Numbered from the stretch's first letter, positions 46,177 to 55,349 are shown. The stretch: 64,000 bases of DNA from an uncultured Gammaproteobacteria bacterium (GCA_964639785.1 CAZXEE010000002.1:15273-79272), one strand, 5' to 3'. Made by a program: numbers and translations. The notes: generated by a model from the letters alone, not told the origin.

Positions 46177-47325
46177 ATGAAAAAGAACCTAATCATCTTC
46201 TTTTCATCATCTGTCATCTTTATCATGGCTATCGCCATTATCAGTTATTTTTGTTTCCGACCGGTTGAGAAAAAGTCATTAGTGCTTCTTGAAGGTTCGA
46301 ATAAAGTTAATTTAGTCTGTTCTAACGGTTATAAGGCTCAGGCGGAATATTATTCTCAGAATGATCAGGGGATAATGGAAAAGCTCAGATTGGCAATGAT
46401 TAAAGGCGGGGAGACCACTAACTATGATATGATTCCAGCTATGTCAGCTAGCGGAGCTAAGTTTGAGACTGCTGATAAGAAGTTCTCGTTCTGGGAGCAT
46501 CAAGGAGAATTTGCCTTTGCTGAAAATGATGAAGACTTGGCTATTTGTCGGGAGGTTTTGGATGTCGCTTTTACTATCGAAGGAGAGTCGATCAAGCTGG
46601 TTGATGGATTGTCAGAAGTCGCTCAGCCTGATTCAGCTGCGAAGGTTGTGACCAGATATTTTGGTAATGAGGTTTATGGCAATTTTAATGGCGATGGCTT
46701 ATCCGATGCCGCTTTCTTGGTTACTCAGGAAACCGGCGGCAGCGGTACTTTTTTCTATTTAGTGGTTGCCTTAAAAACCACCGATGGTTATCAGGGCACC
46801 AATGCTGTCTTGTTGGGGGACCGGATCGCTCCTCAAACTACTGGAATTGACGAGACTGATTCATCTCTCATCGTCGTTAATTATGCCGATCGGAAGCCGG
46901 GAGAATCTTTTGATATTCAGCCGAGCCAGGGAGTTTCACGGACTTTCAGGGTTGAAAACGGCGTCTTGTCGGAGATCGTCAACAAATCTAGTCTGACTTT
47001 GGAATCTAAAGAATGGGTATGGGTGAAAACGGCTTATAACAATGATACCCAGTTAGAACCTAAGAAAGTCGGTGTTTTTAAATTAATCTTTAAGGGAGGT
47101 AAAATTTCAGCTTCAACTGATTGTAACTCTGTTTCTGGCTCTTATACGGCCAACAAAAATAAATTATCTTTTAGTAAGTTAGTTTCAACTGAAATGTATT
47201 GCCAGGATTCGCAAGAAGCTGATTTCCTGAAGACGCTGGAAGAAACATCATCCTTTTTCTTTAATGATAGAGGGGAGTTGGTGCTCGAATTGAAGCTTGA
47301 TACCGGCTCCGCTATATTTAAATAA
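46177..47325 (+). CDS. membrane-anchored MliC-like + META (HslJ-like) domain fusion protein
   Basis: N-terminal TM helix. MliC-like 'LVCSNGYKAQAEYY...SASGAKFE...FWEHQGEFAF...AIC'. C-terminal META-like 'KISASTDCNSVSGSYTANKNKLSFSKLVSTEMYC'. Confidence 0.6.
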   Translation: MKKNLIIFFSSSVIFIMAIAIISYFCFRPVEKKSLVLLEGSNKVNLVCSNGYKAQAEYYSQNDQGIMEKLRLAMIKGGETTNYDMIPAMSASGAKFETADKKFSFWEHQGEFAFAENDEDLAICREVLDVAFTIEGESIKLVDGLSEVAQPDSAAKVVTRYFGNEVYGNFNGDGLSDAAFLVTQETGGSGTFFYLVVALKTTDGYQGTNAVLLGDRIAPQTTGIDETDSSLIVVNYADRKPGESFDIQPSQGVSRTFRVENGVLSEIVNKSSLTLESKEWVWVKTAYNNDTQLEPKKVGVFKLIFKGGKISASTDCNSVSGSYTANKNKLSFSKLVSTEMYCQDSQEADFLKTLEETSSFFFNDRGELVLELKLDTGSAIFK

Positions 47326-47351
47326 TTTAAATATATTTTATATCAAGGCTA

Positions 47352-48143
47352 ATGGCTAAGAAGATTTCAACTAAAGTGTTCAAGCAGCTATACCGTCCTG
47401 ACATTTATTCGCATAAAGGCGATAATGGGCGCTTGCTTTTGATTGCCGGATCGGAAAAATATCATGGCTCTTTGATCTATGCAGTTCGGTCGGCTGCTAG
47501 GGTGGTTGGGTTGGTATATGTCTTGTCAACTGAAAATAATCAACGTCTAGTTGGCGGGCTGAAAGGATTGACCGCCGGTTTCATTCCGGTTAAGAAGATT
47601 AGCGAGGCTCAGCCTGATGCTGTCTTGATTGGTCCAGGAATGGGAGTTTCTATTCGGACATATAATTTAGTGAAACAGGTTTTAAACTCCGGAAAGAAAA
47701 TAGTATTAGATGCTGATGCTCTGAATGTTCTAGATGGATCCCTCAAACGGAAACTTAGTCCGAATATTATCCTGACGCCTCATCAAGGCGAATTCAAGAA
47801 AGTTTTTGGTTGCGCCCCAACTAGAGAAAATCTCTGTTCGGTTTCCAAAAAATACCATTGTTATATAGCTCTCAAAGGCGGGGAGTATCATATTTCTGAT
47901 CCGGCTGGTAATCTGGTGTCTGGAAGGTTGAGTCGGCCTGGGGCCAGCAAGGGAGGTGTCGGCGATATCTTGTCAGGATTGATGGCTGCCTTCTTCTGTC
48001 AGAATCCGGCTGATTTGGCTGCCGCTGCCGCCTTCTTGGCGGTAGAGAAGGCTAGTAGCGAGCTTTATAAGTCTCAGAAGCATTTCTATAGCAGTGAGGA
48101 CCTTTGTGAGCAATTACCTAAGACTTTAGCCGGTTTAGTTTAG
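47352..48143 (+). CDS. nnrD: NAD(P)H-hydrate dehydratase (YjeF C-terminal family)
   Basis: 'HKGDNGRLLLIAGSEKYHGS', 'LTPHQGEF' and 'GGVGDILSG'. Confidence 0.8.
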   Translation: MAKKISTKVFKQLYRPDIYSHKGDNGRLLLIAGSEKYHGSLIYAVRSAARVVGLVYVLSTENNQRLVGGLKGLTAGFIPVKKISEAQPDAVLIGPGMGVSIRTYNLVKQVLNSGKKIVLDADALNVLDGSLKRKLSPNIILTPHQGEFKKVFGCAPTRENLCSVSKKYHCYIALKGGEYHISDPAGNLVSGRLSRPGASKGGVGDILSGLMAAFFCQNPADLAAAAAFLAVEKASSELYKSQKHFYSSEDLCEQLPKTLAGLV

Positions 48144-48235
48144 ATATCTGTTGACTAAAATTAGATATTGTGTTATACTTGGAGGGTGCTAAATTAGATT
48201 AGATCTTTTAAAAAATATATCAAAAATTTATAGCG

Positions 48236-48664
48236 ATGAAAGAGATACCAGCAGACAGGATGGCGGAGCTTTATCACAATTATGGAAAGACTCCTGAAAC
48301 CGAAATTTCCGAAGCTGTAAAAAACAGCAGGATAGTTCCGGTTTTCCCTTATCATGACGCCAAGAACAAAAGGTTCGGTTGGCATGAAGTTGATGAATTG
48401 ACGATGAAGCGAATCGTTGAAGATCCTCGAGAAAATATTTTCTTTTTTCACCCCGGAAAATATCGGGATGACTTGAAAGACTACAAGGTGATAATCGTGC
48501 TGATAGAATCAGCTTTCGGCCAAACCGCTTTCAATGTCGGAGAAATACTCGATCAACTTAATGCAGAAGACAAAGAAGCCATCAAGGCGTTTTATTTCGA
48601 TTTCGATTCTGTGGTCAGGATCGATGAAGAATACTCACTCGCTCAAGTAGCTCTTTATAAATAA
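48236..48664 (+). CDS. hypothetical protein
   Basis: 142-aa ORF followed by a terminator. No recognisable motifs. Confidence 0.5.
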   Translation: MKEIPADRMAELYHNYGKTPETEISEAVKNSRIVPVFPYHDAKNKRFGWHEVDELTMKRIVEDPRENIFFFHPGKYRDDLKDYKVIIVLIESAFGQTAFNVGEILDQLNAEDKEAIKAFYFDFDSVVRIDEEYSLAQVALYK

Positions 48665-48685
48665 CACGTTGCAAACATCTAATGG

Positions 48686-48716
48686 GAGGTTATTAATTTA
48701 ACCTCTTTTTTATTTT
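48686..48716 (+). terminator. rho-independent terminator
   Basis: Stem GAGGTTA/TAACCTC followed by TTTTTTATTTTT. Confidence 0.65.
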
Positions 48717-48720
48717 TCGG

Positions 48721-48762
48721 AAAATAAAAAATACCCCCAACTTTTCAGTTGAGGGTATTTTC
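48721..48762 (-). terminator. rho-independent terminator for the PspC-domain gene
   Basis: Stem ATACCC..AAC/GTT..GGGTAT. The T-run is on the minus strand. Confidence 0.6.
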
Positions 48763-50172
48763 TTATTCTTCTATTTCTTCCATTTCAGTCGTCGAGCTGA
48801 ATGATTCCGATTCAACGACGCTGGCATCGAAGAGTGAAGCGCCAGATCCGGTCTTTATCTTCAAGTCAGAACTGGTGGCAATGGTTAGTTCTACCGGTTT
48901 TAGGTAGCAGTTAAGGCAGATTTCCGGATTGGCAGCCAAAGGCTTTTCGGTCAGTATCAGCTTATCTTTTTCGCGTTTGATATCGATATGGTCTAGATCT
49001 ATCTGGCGTCCGTTTATGGTAGTTGGAGTATTAGTGGCTGAGCTGACATAGATGTCTATCAGATGGCCATTGGCTTCTATCTCTTTGATTCCTTGCAGGT
49101 CTACTTTCTGCTCAATTCTCTTGGTGAGGGGATAGTTCTCGAACTTGTCTTGGATGTCGGGGAAGTAGCGGAGGCCCAGGGCGCAACAGGTAATGCCAGC
49201 TGCCATCCAGACTCCGACCAGGATTGATCCGACCGTGAAATTAATCAGATTCTTTTTCCTGATGATCGCTATACCGCCGATCAGCAGCATGACGGCCGGG
49301 ATTGCCAGTGAAAGGAATCCGGATAATACCATGATGAAGTAGGGAACGAGGGCGGTCAATTCGGAAATCGGGATAAAAAAGAGTTGATGAGAAGAGTTAT
49401 TGTATAGCAGGAGGAATAGGCTGCCGATACCGATGAAACCCAGTCCGATAAAGGAAAATATAGCCAGGAATAACCCGAAAGCTAAGCGGATAATGGGCCA
49501 GACAGCATCCCAAACCTTTTTTATAGCCAGAAAAAAGCTATTGATTATGATAGCTGGCAGGCTAGCTATCTTTTTTAGGGTAGAATTTTTTTTTAGATTG
49601 TCTTTGATTTGCTTGCCGTTTTCTGCTAGATGTTTGAAAGCGGCAATTGTCGGGGCTTGGCCTTGCATTTCTAGTTTCTGATAGGCTGTCTTGGCTTCAG
49701 GCATGGCTATCCAGAGTAGGATGTAAATCAGGAAACCGCTGCCACCGGCGAAGGCCAGGGCGCAGAATATGACTCGGAATAATACTGGATCAATATCGAA
49801 ATAATTGCCTAATCCGGCCGCTACGCCGCCGATAATGGCATTGTCAGTGTCGCGATAGAGCTTGCGCTTGATCGGCTGGTCTTCTTCTTTGTCTGTTGTG
49901 TCGCCAACTTCGCGATCGAAATCTTCCGGCGTCCCCATGATCTTTATCAATGATTTGATATCTTCGATGTTGATGACTTCTTTGTATTTGGATAATGATG
50001 ACCTCAGTTTTTCGGCTACGCTATTTTCGATATCGGCCATCACTTCAGCCGTATCGGCTCCGGCCCCGCAATGTTTCTTGATATCTTCCAGATAGCTTAG
50101 CAATCTTTCATAAGCCTCTTCTTCGATGATGAAGCTTTGGTTGTTTAGGTTGATTGATATAGTCTTTTTCAT
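48763..50172 (-). CDS. PspC domain-containing membrane protein
   Basis: 'LYRDTDNAIIGGVAAGLGNYFDIDPVLFRVIFCALAF' (PspC domain), then several TM helices and a C-terminal soluble domain. Confidence 0.8.
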   Translation of the reverse strand: MKKTISINLNNQSFIIEEEAYERLLSYLEDIKKHCGAGADTAEVMADIENSVAEKLRSSLSKYKEVINIEDIKSLIKIMGTPEDFDREVGDTTDKEEDQPIKRKLYRDTDNAIIGGVAAGLGNYFDIDPVLFRVIFCALAFAGGSGFLIYILLWIAMPEAKTAYQKLEMQGQAPTIAAFKHLAENGKQIKDNLKKNSTLKKIASLPAIIINSFFLAIKKVWDAVWPIIRLAFGLFLAIFSFIGLGFIGIGSLFLLLYNNSSHQLFFIPISELTALVPYFIMVLSGFLSLAIPAVMLLIGGIAIIRKKNLINFTVGSILVGVWMAAGITCCALGLRYFPDIQDKFENYPLTKRIEQKVDLQGIKEIEANGHLIDIYVSSATNTPTTINGRQIDLDHIDIKREKDKLILTEKPLAANPEICLNCYLKPVELTIATSSDLKIKTGSGASLFDASVVESESFSSTTEMEEIEE

Positions 50173-50176
50173 ATGG

Positions 50177-50518
50177 TTATTTTTTTAGATTAATGATGGC
50201 CTTCTCCAGGGATTGCCATTGCTCTTCGCAGCCTTCTAAGAACTGCTTGCCTTTTTCGGTCAGCGTGTAATATTTTCGCGGCGGACCGGATTTCGATTCC
50301 TCCCAGTCATAGTCTAGCAGTCCGGAATTCTTGAGGCGGGAGAGCAGGGGATAGATAGTTCCTTCGACAACCGTCAGTTTGGCTTTTTGGAGCCGGGAGA
50401 TAATCTCATTGGCATAGATCTTCTTCTTGGCGATGATCAGTAGGATGGCGAATTCCAAGACGCCTTTGCGCATCTGGGCGGCGGCATTTTCCAGGGATTT
50501 TTTAAAGTCGTTGTCCAT
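50177..50518 (-). CDS. PadR family transcriptional regulator
   Basis: 'GVLEFAILLII...YANEIISRL...EGTIYPLLSRLKNSGLLDYDWEES...PRKYYTLTEKG'. Confidence 0.88.
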   Translation of the reverse strand: MDNDFKKSLENAAAQMRKGVLEFAILLIIAKKKIYANEIISRLQKAKLTVVEGTIYPLLSRLKNSGLLDYDWEESKSGPPRKYYTLTEKGKQFLEGCEEQWQSLEKAIINLKK

Positions 50519-50639
50519 ATTTTTTTCTAATTAATTGTTCGTTGATATCATCATATCACATACTACCTTTTAATACAAGGTAGTGGCAAAGGCCCATTTT
50601 TTGCTATAATTATCATAGTTAGAAAATAAGCTAAAAATT

Positions 50640-50807
50640 ATGTCTCATGAAATTGAATCCGAGTTCACTACCGATTGGCCGAACGAGGATAGCCAGTGCC
50701 GCAATTGCACCAGCTTCGAAGGGATCGGTGAATTCGGCTATTGCCGTGAAGCTAAGAGCGAGGTGCCATATGACGCTCATTGCGATTATTTCCAATCCAG
50801 GGATTAG
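50640..50807 (+). CDS. 55-aa HiPIP-like four-cysteine protein (absent from the supplied ORF track)
   Basis: My translation is MSHEIESEFTTDWPNEDSQCRNCTSFEGIGEFGYCREAKSEVPYDAHCDYFQSRD*. There is a TATAAT box at 50605-50610 upstream and a hairpin/T-run terminator right after the stop. The Cys spacing C-x2-C-x11-C-x12-C resembles the HiPIP pattern. Confidence 0.5.
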   Translation: MSHEIESEFTTDWPNEDSQCRNCTSFEGIGEFGYCREAKSEVPYDAHCDYFQSRD

Positions 50808-50811
50808 ATAA

Positions 50812-50848
50812 AACAAAAAAACAGGGTAGCCCCTGTTTTTTTGTTTTT
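50812..50848. terminator. bidirectional rho-independent terminator
   Basis: Stem ACAGGG/CCCTGT (50821-50836) with an A-run upstream and a T-run downstream. Confidence 0.7.
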
Positions 50849-50856
50849 ATTTAGAA

Positions 50857-51426
50857 TTATTTCTCCAGATGTTTTTTGATCTCGGCATAAACTTCTTCGA
50901 TGCTGAGTTCTCCGTCGATCTCTATCAAGTTGCCTTGAGCGCGATAATAATCCATGAGGATGGTCGATTCTTGATTGAAGACGCCCATGCGGTTTTTGAT
51001 GGCTGAGGCATCTTTGTCATCGGCTCTATTGCCGGTTTGAGCTCGAGCTTCAATGCGTCGGAGCGCTTCTTCCGGCGAGACTCTCAGATAGATGAAGGCG
51101 TCAACATGAAGGTCGAGGCCGCCCGCAATTTCATCTAACATTTTAGCCTGAGAGATCATCCGAGGAAAGCCGTCGAAGACGATGCCTTTTTCTTGGATGT
51201 CTTGGCCGGTATGCTTGATGACTTCCGACATCAGCTCATCGGTGATCAGGATGCCCTGGTCGACATAGCTTTTAATTTTCTGTCCGAGTTCTGATCCGGA
51301 CTCGATTTCTGACCGCAAGCGGTCGCCCATGCCGAATTGTACCCAACCGAATTCCTTGGTCAGCAGTTCTGCCTGGGTGGTCTTGCCGCAAGCCGGCAGG
51401 CCGTACAGACAAATGATTTTTCCCAT
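50857..51426 (-). CDS. adk: adenylate kinase (short-lid type)
   Basis: P-loop 'GLPACGKTT', plus 'FDGFPR' and 'RADD'. 189 aa. Confidence 0.85.
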   Translation of the reverse strand: MGKIICLYGLPACGKTTQAELLTKEFGWVQFGMGDRLRSEIESGSELGQKIKSYVDQGILITDELMSEVIKHTGQDIQEKGIVFDGFPRMISQAKMLDEIAGGLDLHVDAFIYLRVSPEEALRRIEARAQTGNRADDKDASAIKNRMGVFNQESTILMDYYRAQGNLIEIDGELSIEEVYAEIKKHLEK

Positions 51427-51541
51427 ATTATGTTTAGGTTAATTAAAGAAGTCTATATTATATTAGAAATATCGGTTTTTGGCAATATAGGGTCTTAATT
51501 GACACTTGAGCCCGGATTCGGTATGATTAAGCTTATTAAAT

Positions 51542-52552
51542 ATGTCAGAAAGTTATAAAATCAAAGGTTATCTCCCTGTTTTAGCGGCTTTGATAGGCAA
51601 TGTCTTCATTGTGATCATTAAATTCGTGGCTTTTTTCTTTTCCGGATCAATCGCTCTCTTATCCGAAGCTATCCATAGTATTGCTGACAGCTTCAACCAG
51701 CTATTATTGATGGTCGGTATCAGGCGTTCTGCCAAGAAGCCGGACAAGGCCTTCATCTATGGCTATGGTCGAGAGAGATTCTTCTGGGCCCTGATTTCTG
51801 CTTGCGGTATCTTTTTCATCGGTGCCGGCGCTATCATCTACAATGGTGTTGATTCGCTTTGGCATCAGAGAGAGATTTTGGATCATCCTATCGTCTATGT
51901 CGTTTTAGCCCTATCGTTTATCATTGAATCTATTACTTTCTGGATAGCTGTCAGGGAATTGAAGCGCCAGTATCCGTCCGAAAATTTTTTTAATCTTTTG
52001 AAGAATGGCGATCCTTCCACCTTAGCCGTAGTCTATGAAGACGGTTTAGCGGTAATCGGAGTATCAGTTGCTTTTTTCGCTATCATCATCGCCCATCTTA
52101 CCGGGCAGCACTATTGGGATGCTATCGGTTCCATCATCATCGGTATTCTTTTGGCTTTTATCGCTATCGTTTTGATTGCCAAGAACCGCCAGTTCCTCTT
52201 AGGTAAATCCATTCCGGAAGATCTGCAGGACAAGATTATCCGTTTGCTCGAAGCCGATCCAGCCATTGACAGCGTGGTTGATTTCAAATCGACTGTCTTG
52301 GATATCGGCATCTATCGTATCAAGTGTAGTATTGAATTCAACGGTTCTGCTTTGCTGTCTGAGATCTACAAGAACAGTTCTTTGCAGGATCAATATGATG
52401 ATGTTAAAGATGACTTTGAGGAATTCAAGAAGTTTTGTATGCACTATGCCGATCGTGTCCCGAGGTTGGTAGGGAAGAAGATTGATGAGATTGAAACCCG
52501 GATCAGGACCGAAAACCAGGGGGTTAAATATATTGACATTGAGGTGAATTAA
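51542..52552 (+). CDS. cation diffusion facilitator (CDF) family transporter
   Basis: Six TM helices, 'SEAIHSIADSFNQ' in TM2, and a C-terminal cytoplasmic domain. Confidence 0.8.
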   Translation: MSESYKIKGYLPVLAALIGNVFIVIIKFVAFFFSGSIALLSEAIHSIADSFNQLLLMVGIRRSAKKPDKAFIYGYGRERFFWALISACGIFFIGAGAIIYNGVDSLWHQREILDHPIVYVVLALSFIIESITFWIAVRELKRQYPSENFFNLLKNGDPSTLAVVYEDGLAVIGVSVAFFAIIIAHLTGQHYWDAIGSIIIGILLAFIAIVLIAKNRQFLLGKSIPEDLQDKIIRLLEADPAIDSVVDFKSTVLDIGIYRIKCSIEFNGSALLSEIYKNSSLQDQYDDVKDDFEEFKKFCMHYADRVPRLVGKKIDEIETRIRTENQGVKYIDIEVN

Positions 52553-52581
52553 CTGGTAATGTATACAGGTAATCGAATATT

Positions 52582-52671
52582 GGAGAGGTGCCAGAGCGGT
52601 TTAATGGAACAGTCTTGAAAACTGTCGAAGATGAAAGTCTTCCGCGAGTTCGAATCTCGCCCTCTCCGCCA
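52582..52671 (+). tRNA. tRNA-Ser (anticodon TGA), CCA encoded
   Basis: Acceptor stem GGAGAGG/CCTCTCC, anticodon arm ACAGT-CTTGAAA-ACTGT, long variable arm, T loop TTCGAAT, then G-CCA. Confidence 0.9.
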
Positions 52672-52696
52672 AGACAATTTAGTATCGGATAAACCC

Positions 52697-52724
52697 AAAA
52701 ACCTAGCTTATGCTAGGTTTTTGT
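52697..52724 (+). terminator. rho-independent terminator after tRNA-Ser
   Basis: Stem AAAACCTAGC/GCTAGGTTTT followed by a T-run. Confidence 0.7.
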
Positions 52725-52769
52725 TTAAATTCACTTTTTGTGATATAATACAATATCAGATAATAAAAT

Positions 52770-54074
52770 ATGAGATTGGATATAAAATTTTCTAAAGAAT
52801 TAGCTCCTGATTTGCGCCAAGAAACAGCCAGGCGTCTTAATGATGCTCGGAATAATCCTGAGAGTTATGACGATTTAAAGAAAATTAAATCACAAGAATC
52901 GCGGCCGGAATTAGAGAATATAAAAAAAGATATTTGGGGGAGAATTTTTAAAACCGAGAAATATCGACAGATGATTCAGAACTTGGATTGTTTATTAAAA
53001 CGGGAAAAAGAATTTAAAATTAAGGAGTCTCAAGAATATTATCGTCGGGAATTTAATCGGATAATGTCAGAATGTCCTTTGTCTAAAGAAGAGCGTGATG
53101 AGTATTTAAATACTGAAGCTTTATCCCAGATGAGTTTGGATAATTATTTAGTTTTATTAAAAAGATTATCGGGCGAGGCTTTCTATCACGTTACTCGCTA
53201 TGGAGCCAGAGAAAATACGTTTATGTCTACTGGCGGCGGTCATAATGTGAGTGAGGGGGAATTTGTTGACAGTTTGACTCCGTTGCTTATGGACAAAAAG
53301 ATAAATTCGATGACCAGTACTATTTTAAAAGAACAAAAAATTTTTTTAAACGATAGCTCTGTTTTAGAATTAGCCAAAGAAGAAAATGGCGTCGATTCTA
53401 TAGTTGATAAAATAATGGATCAATATTCTTCAATGTATGCTTTAGATAGGGAATCGACTCATTTTTCCTATGGCAAGGATTTGCATAAAATGTATGGAGC
53501 TGAAGATACCTATAAGTTTTATTTCTACTACCCCGTGGAATATATCTTGCATAATGATTTTTATCAAAAAACCAGGGAAAGCCAGATTACTTTAGGTATG
53601 AGTGAATACCATAATAGATCTGGTATTGATCAGCAATATAATGATTTTGAGATTTTTAATTTTGGTCAAGGAGTGCCGGTGGATTCCGGAATTTTATGTA
53701 TAACTGATGATATTAAAGTTGATCCGGAGAATGGATCACAATATGTTATTAAGGATGGCAAGCCCGAAATTGATGAGAATGGTAATTTTAAAAGACCAAA
53801 AAAAACGATCTCTAGCCAGGAATACTGGGAGAAGTTTTTTGCTAGCCATCCAGAGATTAAGCCGAGTAAGATAATCTATGGAGGTTTTGAAACTCATTCG
53901 ACTAAAGATAATGAAGATCTAAAAGAATGGGGAGAGAGTAGAAATATAAATTGCCAGAATGAAGAAAAGGAGAAGGAATTTTCTAGCTATGTGGAGGAGA
54001 CCAGAAGCCAAATTAGAGATATTGTCTGTCGACAAGTGAAGGAAATTTTAAGTGATTCAAATAAAGGTAAATAA
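52770..54074 (+). CDS. hypothetical protein (434 aa, orphan)
   Basis: Long uninterrupted ORF in an AT-rich stretch. No TM helix, signal peptide or recognisable catalytic motif. Confidence 0.6.
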   Translation: MRLDIKFSKELAPDLRQETARRLNDARNNPESYDDLKKIKSQESRPELENIKKDIWGRIFKTEKYRQMIQNLDCLLKREKEFKIKESQEYYRREFNRIMSECPLSKEERDEYLNTEALSQMSLDNYLVLLKRLSGEAFYHVTRYGARENTFMSTGGGHNVSEGEFVDSLTPLLMDKKINSMTSTILKEQKIFLNDSSVLELAKEENGVDSIVDKIMDQYSSMYALDRESTHFSYGKDLHKMYGAEDTYKFYFYYPVEYILHNDFYQKTRESQITLGMSEYHNRSGIDQQYNDFEIFNFGQGVPVDSGILCITDDIKVDPENGSQYVIKDGKPEIDENGNFKRPKKTISSQEYWEKFFASHPEIKPSKIIYGGFETHSTKDNEDLKEWGESRNINCQNEEKEKEFSSYVEETRSQIRDIVCRQVKEILSDSNKGK

Positions 54075-54237
54075 TTGATTTTTAGAGTTTTAATATATTG
54101 GTCAGAGTGCTTAATTATGATTTTAATAGTTTTTGTTTATAAATAGACCTAAATATGGGTTATTTTTTATAATAATTTTAATGATTTAGAATGATATGAT
54201 AATATAATGGTATAAGCAGTGAGATAAAATTTAATTT

Positions 54238-54844
54238 ATGCAGAAGCATTCTTGGGAAAAAGCTTGGGAGAGTAAAAGGTTTGAGATAAAGACTCTTGTG
54301 CCGAGCGTTATTGTTGAAAGACACAAGGACAAGTTTCTTGATGGTGATTTTGTTTTGGATGTCGGCAGCGGTAATGGAAGAAACTCTATTTATTTAGCTA
54401 GTCTAGGTTGCAAGGTAGACAGCTTCGATGTTTCTGATATGGGCTGGACCGATTCCCTTAATTCGGAATTGAAAGAAAAGATTTCATTCATGAAATCCGA
54501 TGTTATGGGTTATCCTTATACCGTTGATAAATACAAGGCAGTTGTCATGGCTCGGGTTATTCAGTATCTCAATCGGGAAGAGTTAGATTATCTTTTAGAC
54601 AAGGCAGTTTCTAGCTTAAAGGATGATGGTTTTTTACTGTTGAGTTATACTAGCCAGGGGGGGAATATTTGATAGGGATGAGATTGATGTTCCAAAATAT
54701 AATTATCCTATTGAGGCTGTAGAAAGGATGCTGAAGAATAGGTTTAAGACAGTTGAAATTACTGAAGGAGCTAATAAAAATACTCATGTCAATTATGAGG
54801 GCCAGATAGCATCATATGACATATATGCTTCTGGAAAAATATAA
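54238..54844 (+). pseudogene. TehB-like SAM-dependent methyltransferase interrupted by a +1 frameshift at a G7 tract
   Basis: Frame 1 (54238-54672) carries motif I 'VLDVGSGNGRNS' and stops just after the G run at 54657-54663. Frame 2 stays open from 54662 to the TAA at 54842-54844. Removing one G fuses the two frames into a protein of about 200 aa. Confidence 0.7.
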
Positions 54845-54890
54845 ATGCATCACGCTTTGATATAAGCGATTATAAAATAACTTAAAACTT

Positions 54891-55349
54891 ATGCGCAAAA
54901 AATTTCTTTTGTCAGTTTTTAATATCTTGACTCTTTGTATCGTAATTGCGGCTGTCAGCATCGCTTTCGTCGAAGATGATCATTGGATGGGGTTGGTTCT
55001 GATCGCTTTGGCTATATTGTGCTTGGTTTCATTATTGCCTTTTAAGATAAGCATAAAGTCGGTTTTGCCGGATATCTTTTTCGGCTTGATCAATAATGGC
55101 ATCTTGGCAATCTTGGCAATTTTTGGCGGCCATTTTGCCGGAGTAACTGGTGCGATTATCGGTGGAGTGGTAGGAAATGCCATCACTGACGGTATCGCCG
55201 GTATTTTTGAGGGGCATATGGCTGAAAAATTAAGGCTCAAATTCATTCCGGAAGAAAGGACGATGCTTAAATCAGCCGTGGGCAAGATGGCCGGCTGTCT
55301 CTTGGGTGCCGGTTGCGTCTTGGCGGTTAATAGTATTTTGAAGTTTTAA
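54891..55349 (+). CDS. polytopic membrane protein with Gly-zipper helices
   Basis: 152-aa hydrophobic ORF with 'GAIIGGVVGNAITDGIAGIFEG'. Its stop overlaps the next start (TAATG). Confidence 0.55.
   Translation: MRKKFLLSVFNILTLCIVIAAVSIAFVEDDHWMGLVLIALAILCLVSLLPFKISIKSVLPDIFFGLINNGILAILAIFGGHFAGVTGAIIGGVVGNAITDGIAGIFEGHMAEKLRLKFIPEERTMLKSAVGKMAGCLLGAGCVLAVNSILKF

Noticed and set aside
50631-50816. A 61-aa minus-strand ORF from the supplied track.
   Set aside because: The plus-strand 55-aa ORF at 50640-50807 has a TATAAT box, a terminator directly after its stop and a coherent 4-Cys motif. The minus-strand product has none of these features. Only one of the two is likely to be real.
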